Source: Mobula hypostoma
Taxonomy: Eukaryota
DNA: 64,000 nucleotides
Reading direction: 5' to 3'
Assembly: GCF_963921235.1 (NCBI RefSeq)
Contig: NC_086108.1
Location: 76,386,001 to 76,450,000 of the forward strand
Part shown: piece after piece, positions 1-11,643 of the stretch
Position numbering within the stretch: the first letter of the stretch is position 1
How the letters are laid out: every line of letters begins with the position of its first letter
Made by a program: the position numbers and the translations under genes
Notes under the pieces: model-generated
Databases searched by the model: none
Told to the model about the DNA's origin: nothing
The model's input: the letters and a program-made list of their open reading frames with translations, nothing else

Positions 1-460
1 CTTATATTCCGTCTGGGTAGCCTCCAACCTGATGGCATGAACATTGACTTCTCTAACTTCCGCTAGGCCCCACCTCCCCCTCGCACCCCAGCTGTTACTC
101 CTTTTTATGCACACATTCTTTCTCTCACTCTCCTTTTTCTCCCTCTGTCCCTCTGAATATACCTCTTGCCCATCCTCTGGGTCAACCTCCCCCCCCCGTC
201 TTTCTCCCTAGGCCTCCTGTCCCATGATCCTCTCATATCCCCTTTTGCCTATCACCTGTCCAGCTCTCGGCTCTATCCCTCCCCCTCCTGTCTTCTCCTA
301 TCATTTTGCATCTCCCCCTCCCCCTCCAGCTTTCAAATCCCTTACTCACTCTTCCTTCAGTTAGTCCTGACGAAGGGTCTCGGCCTGAAACGTCGACTGC
401 ACCTCTTCCTATAGATGCTGCTTGGCCTGCTGCGTTCACCAGCAACTTTGATGTATGTTG
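1..460 (+). mobile_element. Penelope-like element 3' end (GIY-YIG C-terminus, pyrimidine-rich UTR, pseudo-LTR with hammerhead); runs off the window start
   Basis: 1-66 reads LIFRLGSLQPDGMNIDFSNFR*, the same C-terminus as the PLE ORFs at 17762-18157 and 42410-42676. Near-identical in reverse complement to 42019-42480. Confidence 0.9.
363..398 (+). ncRNA. Minimal type I hammerhead ribozyme motif in PLE terminal repeat, intact core
   Basis: AGTC-CTGACGA-AGG(gtctcgg)CCT-GAAAC-GTC-GACT: helix I AGUC/GACU, core CUGACGA, 3-bp helix II, GAAA, palindromic ACGU helix III, GUC cleavage triplet at 392-394. Confidence 0.85.
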
Positions 461-1449
461 ACTGTACTCTAGTTGTGTTTTCTCTTTTACGCTCGTATTT
501 GAAGCAAAGCATCTACATTCTTATGCTCAAAACTTTGGAATTAAAACTATTAAATCATTTTCTGATTGTTTGTTCTCCCTTAATGTTAACGTTCCCTGTG
601 TTGTGTAAAGACATAGAGATTTTGTTAATGCAAATGGTTATGGTTTTCAGAACTTTAAAAACATCCTTACTTCTTCTTGAATCTTACTAAAGAGCATAAT
701 TTTATTAATTGCATATTGCATCTGCCACCTTCTGCCCAAACACTTAATTATTCTGCATCCTTATGCACCACCTTCCTTACACCTTGCTCTTATCCTGCTT
801 TCCATCACCAGCATAGATATATAACATTCCATCACCACATCTATGTTATTAATATAAACTGTAAATACATTCCAAACTCCGATTTCATAGTAATCAGTTG
901 CACCCCAATACGATGATTGTTTATTCTGTTTCGCTGTCCATTAAGCAATCCTTAATCCATGCTATTAAATTATCCCCAATCTCATGAGTTCTACTCTTTT
1001 TAAGAAACGTGTGATAGTAAATCCCATGAGTCCACATCTCTGAAAATAAAGTGGAGAAAACTGTAGATATTTGTTAAGAGGATTTATATTGCACAACGGA
1101 TGGCTTGGGAGGGTATTGAGTGGACTCAGAAACTCAAAGTGGAAAAGTCTGTGGTGATAGCAAATAAATCAACACTAAAAAGTGAAATTATGGGGTGCAG
1201 TAGAAAAAAAATGTAAGTAGTACATACATAATGTTTGCAATTTAATACAAACTAGTGCAAAATAGTGGATTCAAGTAAGGCAAGTAGAAAACATGGATAT
1301 TGCATGAATCATCATCAAATAAATATCATAAAAACTAAAAAAAACCAAAAGTCACTCAATATTAAATACTGTAATCAATGCAGGACAATAAATATAAAGC
1401 AAAAGGATGTGAAACCACACTGGAAGTGCAATTGAATAAAAGAATAATC

Positions 1450-1548
1450 TGTTCAAAGGTCACCAATCTGAAATATTAACTCTGTTTTTCTCTCTCCACA
1501 GAAGCTATCTGGTCTGCTGAGTATTTACAGCATTTTCTGTTTTAATTC
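1450..1548 (+). mobile_element. Old, degenerate PLE terminal-repeat remnant
   Basis: Resembles the PLE tail pattern (...ctgaaatattaactctg...tctgctgagtatttacagcattttctgttt); hammerhead core eroded. Confidence 0.45.
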
Positions 1549-2399
1549 GAACATTATATGGTGCCTGGCCAGGCCATAGTTTTAATATGTCTGCAGTTCA
1601 ATTATCCAGATACAAAAGAACTACTGACATGCTAGATACAATGCAGAAAACAGCAATGAAGCTAATTTCAGGTGGCAGTTTGAGTGTTGAGAAACCCCAA
1701 GAAAAATGCAAAAAAAAAGAAATAGTTTTTAACATGGTCTTCTAAAGTCATAAAAGATCAGCAGCAGTATCAATAATAATTTAAAATGTATGAGTATAAC
1801 AACAGAAAGTAGGTTCAAATATTTGAAAAGCAATTTAAGAACTAATGTACAGAAATTATTCTTGATAAAACCTGTGAAGCAGGCTACAGAATAGAGCTAT
1901 ATGGTAATGTATATTATGTTACAGTAGTATAGATTATGTTATAAAACAAGTAATCCAGAATGATCAGGCAGCAATGCAAGCTTAAATTCCACCAGGGTTA
2001 TATGAATTTTTTTTTAACTTTAATTAAAACTGTTGCAAGTGATAACAAAGCTGTCATACTGTGATTTAAAAAAATCAACTATTTATTACGCTTCGTTACC
2101 AGAAAACACTGCTGTCCAATCATATATATTCCACTCTCATGCATCATCATAGCAGTTAACTCTTAACTCCCCATTAAAGAGCCTGAGCAAGGTACCCAGA
2201 TGGGCAGTACGGATAATAAACAACACTGCCCCCTTCCCTGAGAGTGAATGGAAGTTGCCAAACCATAAATAGTGAAATGGTTTGACAAAACAGCTGGATG
2301 CTACAATGGATTGTTTCCAATCATTACTCGGGAAAGTGAATTGCAAACGAGCATTCCTTTTCATAATAAATTTATGATCTAATGCTACTCATTAACTCT

Positions 2400-3195
2400 G
2401 AGTAAAACAACACTGGCAATTTAAAGAGCGATGGTCATGTCAATCAATAGTTAGGCTCTCCCTCGTTGGACCTGGTCATTCAGTGGCACTTTTGTAAAGT
2501 TGATTTTACTTCCCAAATTATCAACACATGCCTGACCGTTACCTTGTCTAACTGCACACCGAAATGGATTGTTTCATTTGTTGTTGAGTTAAAAAGGAAT
2601 TGAATACTGTGCGATTATCTGCAACCATCCTTACTCCTTAACTTAATTGAGTTCTGACAAAGAATAATCATCTTTCCTTGTGCAGATATGACTCAAACCA
2701 TTGGGATGTTTCCCCCTCAAAGACCATTGATGATTATGATGAGAGTTCTCTGATGCCATACTCAGTTAAATATTGTCATGAGTCATTCTCATCTCATTTC
2801 TGGAACACAGCACTTTGGTCTACGTTTGGATCAAGAATGTGACGAGGTCTGAAGAAGAGTGGTCTTTGCAAAAACACAAACTAAGGAGTTGGTGAGTAAG
2901 TGCCACTTGAGTGCACCATTGATGACACCTTCCAGCACATTGTTGATGACTGAAATTAGACTGATCAGGTAGTGATTTACTTCACTGAATTTGAAATGCC
3001 CTTTGAACGCAGGACATATCTGGATTATTTCCACGTTTGCTTGGTAGATACCAGTGATGTAATTGTACTGGAACAGCTTGACTAGAGATGCAGCTGGTTT
3101 GGGAGCACTGGTTTTCTGTATTATAGTTATGATAATATCCAGTCTGACACTTCGTCTGTTGGACATACTCGATGTTTATAAGATATTCACATGGA
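2400..3195 (-). mobile_element. Old CR1/L2-group LINE RT fragment, interrupted by the younger CR1 at 3202; continues at ~6088-6210
   Basis: ORF 2831-3166 contains NHYLISLISVINNVLEGVIN, a degenerate NYRPISLLS..SKVMEGVIN RT motif. Confidence 0.6.
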
Positions 3196-3201
3196 ATGAA
3201 T

Positions 3202-6081
3202 ATTGGATAAACAGAGAGTAAGAGGTGGAGAGATTCTTAAATGCATCTATTTTAATGCTAAGAGCATTGTAAGAAAGGTGGATGAGCTTAGAGCATGGAT
3301 TGATACCTGGAAATATGATGTTCTAGCTATTAGTGAAACATGGTTGCAGGAGGGGTGTGATTGTCAACTAAATATTCCAGGATTTCGGTGCTTCAGGTGT
3401 GATAGAATAGGAGGGGCAAGACGGGGAGGTGTTGCATTGCTTGTCAGAGAAAATATAACAGCGGTGCTCTGGCCGGATAGATTACTGGACTCGTCCAGGG
3501 AGGCTTTTGGGTGGAATTGAGGAATGGGAAAGGTGTAGTGACGCTTATAGGGGTGTATTATAGACCACCTAATGGGGACCGAGAACTGGAGGAGCAAATT
3601 TGTAAGGAGATAGCAGATATTTGTGGTAAGCACAAGGTTGTAATTGTGGGAGATTTTAACTTTCCACACAAAGACCGGGAAGCCCATTCTGTAAAAGGGC
3701 TGGATGGTTTGGAGTTGGTCAAATGTGTGTAAGATAGTTTTTTGCAGCAATACATAGAAGTACCAACTAGAGAAGGGGCAGTGTTGGATCTCCTGTTAGG
3801 GAATGAGATAGGGCAGGTGACGGAGGTATGTGTTGGGTAGCACTTCGGGTCCAGTGATCACAATGCTATTAGTTTCAATATAATTATGGAGAAGGATAGG
3901 ACTGGACCCAGGGCTGAGATTTATGATTGGAAAAAGGCTAACTTTGAGGAGATGCGAAAGGATTTAGAAGGAGTGGATTGGGACAATTTGTTTTATGGGA
4001 AGGATGTAATAGAGAAATGGAGGTCATTTAAAGGTGAAATTTTGAGGGTACAGGATCTTTATGTTCCTGTTAGGTTGAAAGGACAGGTTAAGAGTTTGAG
4101 AGAGCCATGGTTTTCAAGGGATAGAGGAAACTTGGTTCAGAAAAAGAGAGAGATCTACAATAAATATAGGCAGCATGGAGTTAATGAGGTGCTCGAGGAA
4201 TATAAAGAATGTAAAAAGAATCTTAAGAAAGAAATTAGAAAAGCTGAAAGAAGATACAAGGCTGCTTTAGCAAGTAAGGTGAAAATAAATCCAAAGGGTT
4301 TCTACAGTTATATTAATAGCAAAAGGATAGTGAGGGATAAAATTGGTCCCTTAGAGAATCAGAGTGGATGGCTATGTGCGGAGCCAAAAGTGATGGGGGA
4401 GATTTTGAACAATTTCTTTCCTTCAGTATTCACTAAGGAGAAGGACATCGAATTGTGTAAGGTAAAGGAAACAAGAAGGGTAGTTATGGAAAGTATGATG
4501 ATTAGAGAAGAGGAAGTACTGGCGCTTTTAAGGAATATAAAAGTGGATAAGTCTCCGGGTCCGGACAAGATATTCCCTAGGACCTTGAGGGAAGTTAGTG
4601 TGGAAATAGCAGGGGCTCTGACAGAAATATTTCAAATGTCATTAGAAACGGGGATGGTGCCAGAGGATTGGCATATTGCTCAAGTGGTCCCATTGTTTAA
4701 AAAGGGTTCTACAAGTAAACCTAGCAATTATCGGCCTGTGAGTGGTGTGTAAATTGATGGAAAGTATTCTTAGAGATGGTATATATAATTATCTGGATAG
4801 ACAGGGTCTGATTAGGAACAGTCAACATGGATTTGTGCATGGAAGGTCATGTTTGACAAATCTTATTGAATTTTTTGATGAGGTTACTAGGAAAGTTGAC
4901 GAGGGTAAAGCAGTGGATGTTGTCTATATGGACTTCAGTAAGGCTTTTGACAAGGTTCCACATGGAAGGTTAGTTAGGAAGGTTCAATCGTTAGGCATTA
5001 ATATTGAAGTAGTAAAATGGATTCAACAGTGGCTGGATGGGAGACGCCAGAGAGTAGTGGTGGATAACTGTGTGTCAGATTGGAGGACGGTGTGTAGCGG
5101 TGTGCCTCAGGGAACTGTACTGGGTCCAATGTTGTTTGTCATATATATTAATGATCTGGATGATGGGGTGGTAAATTGGATTAGTAAGTATGCAGATGAT
5201 ATTAAGGTAGGTGGCGTTGTGGATAATGAAATAGGTTTGCAAAGCTTGCAGAGAGATTTAGGCCAGTTAGAAGAGTGGGCTGAAAGATGGCAGATGGAGT
5301 TTAATGCTGAAAAATGTGAGGTGCTACATTTTGGTAGGACTAATCAAAATAGGACATACATGGTAAATGGTAGGGCACTGAAGAATGCTGTAGAACAGAG
5401 GGATCTGGGAATAATGGTGCATAGTTCCCTGAAGGTGGAATCTCATGTGGATAAGCTGGTGAAGAAAGCTTTTGGTATGCTGGCCTTTATAAATCAGAGC
5501 ATTGAGTATAGGAGTTGGGATGTAATGTTGAAATTGTATAGGGCATTGGTAAGGCCAAATTTGGAGTATTGTGTACAGTTCTGGTCACCGAATTATAGGA
5601 AAGATGTCAATAAAATTGAGAGAGTACAGAGGAGATTTACTAAAATGTTGCTGGGGTTTCATCTCCTAAGTTACAGAGAAAGGTTGAACAAGTTAGGTCT
5701 TTATTCTTTGGAGCGTAGAAGGTTGAGGGGGCACTTGATAGAAGTGTTTGAAATTATGAGGGGGATTGATAGAGTTGACGTGGATAGGCTTTTTCCATTG
5801 AGAATGGGTTGAGAGTTAAAGGGCAAAAGTTTAGGGGTAACATGAGGGGGAACTTCTTTACTCAAAGAGTGGTAGCTGTGTGGAACGAGCTTCCAGCAGA
5901 AGTGGTTGAGGCAGGTTCGATGTTGTCGTTTAAAGTTAAATTGGATAGATATATGGACAGGAAAGGAATGGAGGTTTATGGGCCGAGTGCAGGTCGGTGG
6001 GACCAGGTGAGAGTAAGAGTTCAGCACGGACTAGAAGGGCCAAGATGGCCAGTTTCCATGCTGTAATTGTTATATGGTTAT
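3202..6081 (+). mobile_element. CR1 LINE, 5'-truncated, near-complete but disrupted ORF2 (APE endonuclease + RT)
   Basis: CIYFNAKSI, ISETW, GDFN, SDH, KSPGPD, NYRPVS, DFSKAFDKV, GVPQG, KYADD and LVRPNLEYCVQFWSP spread over ORFs 3203-6066 with stops and frameshifts; short tandem tail; possible 6-bp TSD ATGAAT at 3196-3201 and 6082-6087. Confidence 0.95.
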
Positions 6082-6214
6082 ATGAATCAAATTGACTGAG
6101 AATTTCAAAAGGAAGTTGAAGTGAATTATCAGGTCAGCACTTCAGGATGAATACTTTGGCTTTTGATAAAGTATTTCCTTGCTAGACCCTCTGATTGTTG
6201 AGGAAGGGTCATTC

Positions 6215-7560
6215 ATATAGATTAACAGCAAGAATAGACCTTTTGGTCCCTTGGGTCTGCTCCACAAATGAAAAGATTATAGTTAAAATAATTCAAGCCT
6301 CAGCTTCACTTTCTCTTTTTCTCTAAGGTAACATTTCACCTCCTTTAAAATATCTGTCTAACTCGGACTTAAAAATATTTCAATATTCTATTTTCAACAC
6401 CCTTCAGGAAAGAGAATTCCAAAGGTCTACATTAATCATATGCTATTACTTTTAAATAATACCCATTTGAAAAAAGAAGAAAAAGAAGAATTGCATTGCC
6501 AAAACCAACTTCCAAAAAATGAAACCCATTTTTACCAACAGACACATTTCTATGACAACAAGGCTTAGGCTAATAAAATGTTACATCTGGTCAATCTTGC
6601 TGTATGCACCAGAACGCCAAAGAAACTTAGAAGCAACAGAAATGTGGTTTCTTAGAAGAATGTTGAAAATATCATATAGAGATAGGGTAACTAATGAGAC
6701 AATACTCCAACGTGCCCATACAAAAAGATCTTTAATGAGAACATTAAATGAGAGGAAACTTAAATTCCTGGGCCATGTCATCAGAAAGGAAGAAATAGAA
6801 TGCCTTACATTTCAAGGCCATATGCCTGGGAAACGCAGACGAGGAAGGCAAAGAAGAAAATATACGGACACTGTGAAAGAAATATCAGATCTAAGTGTGC
6901 GAGATATCATTAATGCTGCATGGAATCGTTCGATGTGGAGAGCCATGATCACCCAAGTGTGTAACGTGCAAGGCACATGAAGAAGAAGACCCATTTGTTC
7001 TAGATTTTCTCAAGAAAAAAATTGTTTCAATATTCATTCTCCTAATATCCTAAAAAATCTTATTTGCTTCAATCAAGTTTCTCACTCTTAAAAAATCTCC
7101 AATAGAAATGAGCCTTGTCTGTTCAACATTTTTTTCATAAGGCAACTAGACATCAGACTAATAAACCTCTAAATTGCTTCTATCATATTGACTTCCTGCC
7201 TTAAAAAATGAGATAATATTCCTGATGTGTTTCAACATCCCATAAAACTGAAGCCAAATATCTCTTTTTATATACTTAGTTCACCACCAATCCACCAATT
7301 AACTACATTAGTTTTCCCAAAAACTTGCTGTACCAGCATATTAGCCTTTAGTAAATCATCCACTAGGATGTACCGATGAGATCCCTATGCACCTGAGAGA
7401 TCTGCAATTTCTTGGTTTTTTAATAACATATTTTTGGTTCCATTTCTTTTCTATTTTCCTTGCCAAAATAGACATTTTCCCATTTTCCTCTATGATATTC
7501 TATCTGCCCGACCTTTGCTCACTCACTGAATCTGCATTCCCTTCTAGCCTCCTTATGCCT
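6215..7560 (-). mobile_element. Highly degenerate CR1 3' fragment hosting the RTE insertion
   Basis: Antisense CR1 3'-end pattern, colinear with the younger copies at 11645-12500 and 33950-34800. Confidence 0.55.
6470..6988 (+). mobile_element. RTE-clade LINE 3' fragment with (GAA)n tail
   Basis: ORF 6519-6980 (CYIWSILLY..E, EMWFLRRML, LKFLGHVIR, GKRRRGRQR) is a typical RTE C-terminus; tail tgaagaagaag; 9-bp TSD ACCCATTTG at 6461-6469 and 6989-6997. Confidence 0.9.
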
Positions 7561-7639
7561 GATTCATACCTAGCAACGTAAAACAATGCACTTGAACAAG
7601 AGATTCAAATGATGTACACTTGACAGTCAATGACATTAA

Positions 7640-7990
7640 TATTGCTTGGGCCCTGGCTGCTAGGTGTCACCATTGGTCAGAAGCTAAATTGGACCAGTCA
7701 TATGAAATTTATGTCTTTGAATAGTCAGAGGCTGATCATCCTGCGCTAACTGACACACACTCAGATTTTCCAAAGCCTTTCTACCACCTGCCAGTTGCAA
7801 GTCAGGAATGTGTTGGACTATTTTCTACTTTCTTAGGGGAGTACAATACTGACAATGCTTGAGATGTTCAAAACCATTCAAGACAAAGCACCTGCCATCA
7901 TCCTCTTCACCACTCAAATGCAATGCTACAATGCACGTCACAGAATATACTGTAGAGGCTGAATTGTGGCACACAAGCCACAGCAGGTAA
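7640..7990 (+). mobile_element. Old LINE RT C-terminal fragment (CR1/L2 group)
   Basis: Reads LGVTIGQKLNWTSH...QSLSTTCQLQVRNVLDY, a degenerate LGVTID.KL.W..H / ..YKAQVRSVMEY region. Confidence 0.55.
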
Positions 7991-9796
7991 ATGTCTCGAC
8001 TGGACTGGATTAAGTGCAAAAAACATCAAGATGGTACCAGGACAGATCTAAATTACCTGAGCATAGAGTGAACAGCAGGGGAGCCAAAAACTGAGGTTGA
8101 AGTAACAAACCAGATACTAAAATAGAAGCAATATCATTTTGCAAGAATTGATGGGGTTCCCAACAGACACAACTTGTTTTTTTTTTGGAAAGGAACATTA
8201 CTGTTCAACAAATGTGAGCAGGAAATATTTTAAAAAGCTGAGAAAGTTATATTCCTAACTTTCAGTCTTAGAACAAGAAGATCGATGTGATAGGAACTCA
8301 ATGGATTCGAAGAAGCTTTGGAAAGATGTAAGAATTACAGGGATTAAAAAGGAGCAGATAATGATACAACTGTAATAATTTGATTTAATTATAAATTTCA
8401 GATCAATATTCCAATAATAAGGCTGCTTTAAAATGATTTCTTACTGGTTTCCACAATGACATATTCAGTTTTTTTTTGTTTAACATAGCGATTGTGATTG
8501 ATGGCGATCACTTTCTGCACAAATGAGTTCTTAGTAGAAGTTTGTTTGTTCAAACTCTAATAAACCACCACAAATGCCTGTATATAATGGATGCATTTGA
8601 ATTAGAAACTGCCAGAGGGTGCCAGGAATAAGCTCCTAATACTTGGTACTGAGTCATGTTTAGCCTGAGGTATGATGAAAAAAATCTTTTTTTCAATCAT
8701 TGCGAAGACTTTTAAAGCCTTGCCAGTTAAAACCAGGCAAAGAATTAAAGAAAGAGAAAATTAAACCCTTTCAGGCCATATTACATGCTATGTTAACAAG
8801 AGTCATGGATATAACACAAACTGTAAATCTTTCTTGATCTTAAAAGTAAAACATCTGTACTTGTGAGCATTAGTGTATATTTTATAAACGCAGCAGAGAA
8901 TGAACTACACTAATTTAAACTGAACTTCACCTCTAAAATCAATTAAATGAAAGTTGCAAGAATATAAGAATTTTATTTGAGAACCTTTTAATTTGTGCTA
9001 GATGTTGGTGATCTGCAATCACCTTGGGTCAGGCACACGTTCAATTACAATAATGAGCCCATAACGTAAGACATGGAATGTGCAGCATCAGTGAAAAATA
9101 ATCAGATGGAATTTGCATGAGGAACAGAAGACAGAATTCAGTATTTAATTGGAATTCCAAAATGAAACTGGCAAGAGGTAAAGACTGCATGTTTATTGCC
9201 ATTTTGTGAAGGGGCAATTATATAAAGTTTGCTCATTCTTAAAAAATAATTTTACTAGACTACAGAGATTGTTAGTTGCAAACCCTGATAGTAAAAATGC
9301 TGCAGAGCAAGATTGTCAAAAAAATAAACCCTACAGAAACGATACCTCTAATTGATATGTGCTCTCCTTAAATATGAATGTAACTCTCTAAGGAGCTGCA
9401 CTAACAATCTAAGACAATCACACCTTTTAAATGTTGTGAAAGGAAAATTAGGCAAAGTAAATAACAGGCAGCTGATTCGCTCCTATTGCATCCCTGCTCT
9501 AGTTGAATTTTAACCCATTGTTTCTTACCAGAAAGTGGGAAAAGAGAAAAAACCAAGATCATGCAGAAGACACTCCTTTGATTCTACAGTTCTCAAAGCA
9601 TATTACTTTTTTTCCCTCACACTGCTACAATAATCAATTTTGAATATTATCAATAGTAATTTTTAGATCAACCTTAATTTTGCTAAAGTATTATAGCAAT
9701 AGGTGAACAAAAACAAATGGCTGAACTATAGTTTGTCAATTTGATTCAGACCAACTTCCTATATATCCAGACTGTGCTTAAAGTACAAATAATATA

Positions 9797-10288
9797 GCAT
9801 GCCCTCCATGATCCAGAGAGCTTATGTTGGCTGGAGTCAGGGCTCTATGCTTTGGCTCTTGGTAGGGTTACCCTTGCCAAACAGGTCAAAGGGTAGAGGC
9901 CAGATGAAGAGTAGTCCACTGGTCCTCCAGGTTCCAGGGTTCAGTTTAGGGTTAACAACCCTGACTGGTAAAACAAAATTGTTACAGAAACAGCAATGAA
10001 GAATCCTTCTACATCTGAGTGCGATGGTATTCCTGAGTCCCTACCCGGGACATGAAAGACTGACAGTAGTGAAAATCAAGAGGAAACTACTGACATGAGA
10101 AGGCCGGGAACTGGGGTTAAGGAGAAAGGAAAGGATCAGCCATGATCGAATGGCAGAGCAGAGCAGACTTGATAGGCCAAATGGCCTAACTCTGCTCCTA
10201 TGTCTTATGATGAAGGAAGCCCTGAACACCACCAGAGATGGAGGATCTTCATTGCTGCCCTAAACACCAGCAGCATAATGGGCAGTAA
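9797..10288 (+). mobile_element. Probable non-autonomous RTE-derived element (5' UTR joined to 3' end), with a ~110-bp CR1 tail inserted at ~10097-10208
   Basis: The 5' part resembles RTE leader sequence (gagagcttatgttggctgg...ggtagggttacccttgccaaacaggtc). The 3' part reads RWRIFIAALNTSSIMGS, like an RTE C-terminus. The internal piece matches the CR1 tail (ggatcagccatgatcgaatggc...ctgctcctatgtcttatg). Confidence 0.55.
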
Positions 10289-10717
10289 CACACATGCCCC
10301 ATGCCCGTATGGGGTTTCATCCACTTTATCCCACTATTATGCTGATTAATTTACTCACCAATTCCACTATGTAGTTTTCCAATGTGTTGCAAATTCAAAC
10401 CACTGATCATGAATGGCAGTCCATTCTTTGGATATTTTCCCATAGCAAAGCTGTATGCCTATAAAGGACAAAGGAAATGTGTAGAGTTAAGGAAAAGTAA
10501 AAAAAAACACCCATTAGTTCAGACATTATCGAGACAGAGAAATACCGATGAAACATCTCAAATCAATACCCTTCCAAGAATCAGAATCAGGTTTTATCAT
10601 CATTGTCGTGTATGACATGAAATTTGAATTTTTTTGCAGCAGTACAGTGCAGACATAAAATTACTACAAATTACAAAATAAATAAATAGTGGATAAAAAT
10701 GGAATAATGAAGCAGTG

Positions 10718-10868
10718 AATTCTGTAGAATTTAGTCCTGACGAAGGGTCTCGGCCCAAAACGTCAACTGTACCTCTTCCTAGAGATGCTGCCTGGCCTGC
10801 TGCGTTCACCAGCAACCTTGATGTGTGTTGCTTGAATTTCCAGCATCTGCAGAATTCCTCGTGTTTGT
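10718..10868 (+). mobile_element. Mini PLE insertion consisting almost only of the hammerhead-containing terminal repeat
   Basis: 10731-10867 matches the PLE end; 14-bp TSD ATAATGAAGCAGTG at 10704-10717 and 10869-10882. Confidence 0.85.
10733..10769 (+). ncRNA. Hammerhead ribozyme motif with core mutation (GAAA to AAAA), probably inactive
   Basis: AGTC-CTGACGA-AGGGTCTCGGCCC-AAAAC-GTC-AACTG; G12 is A at 10757, a CpG-type transition. Confidence 0.7.
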
Positions 10869-11643
10869 ATAATGAAGCAGTGTTTCTGGATTCATGGACT
10901 GTTTCAAAATCTGATGGCAGAGGGGAAGAAGCCCCTCTTCGGCTTTTTACTGAATCATTGAGTATGGGCCTTCAGACTCCTGCACCTCCTCCTCAATGGC
11001 AATCACAAGAATACAGCAGTGAAGGACCTTAATGGTTGGTCCAAGTTCAAAGTTCAAACTAAATTTATTATCAAAATACATATATTTAACATATACCTCC
11101 TTGAGATGAATGATCTTGCAGGCATTTACAGGAATAAAGAAATGCGATAGAATTTTATGAAAAACTTTCATAAACAGATGAAGACTGAAAAATTACCAAT
11201 ATGCAATAGAAAGCAAACTGTGCAAACAAAAATAATACTGAGAAGATGAGCTGAAGAGAATCCTCAGAAAATTGTAGAACCAGTTCAGAGTAGTGGTAAA
11301 TGAAGTTATCCACACCAATTCAGGAGCCTGATGGTTGTAGGTAATACTGTTCCTGAACTTGATGGTGGGAGACTTAAGACTTCTGTACCTCTTGCTTGAT
11401 GGTAGTAGTGAGAATAAGGCATGGCCTGGATGGTAGGGGTCTTTGATGATGGATGCAGCTTTTTTGTGACAGCGCTCCATGTAATCTATGATTGGAGGGC
11501 TCTGCTTGTGATGGACTGGGCCATCACTTTATGTAGGCTTTTCCATTCCTGAATATACATCATCTGATGGATGTTGTTTTCTTGAGGCACAGCCTCTCGA
11601 AGATGTCCTCGGCAGGCAATTAATTGATGAAACCAAAAGTTTT

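Larger units (their letters stand above)
10577..11615 (-). mobile_element. Two Rex1/Babar-type LINE 3' fragments; the first is interrupted by a mini-PLE
   Basis: Tails agaatcagaatcaggttttat and aagttcaaagttcaaactaaatttatt; ORF 11193-11480 KAASIIKDPYHPGHALFSLLPSSKRYRS is the Rex1/Babar C-terminal motif. Confidence 0.8.

Noticed and set aside
1900..2262. Possible ancient SINE-like remnant, with a similar one at ~62230-62400
   Set aside because: The resemblance to elasmobranch SINEs is too eroded to set boundaries or family without an alignment.
3886..5812. Long ORFs (288 and 356 aa) as host genes
   Set aside because: They are frameshifted pieces of a single CR1 ORF2.
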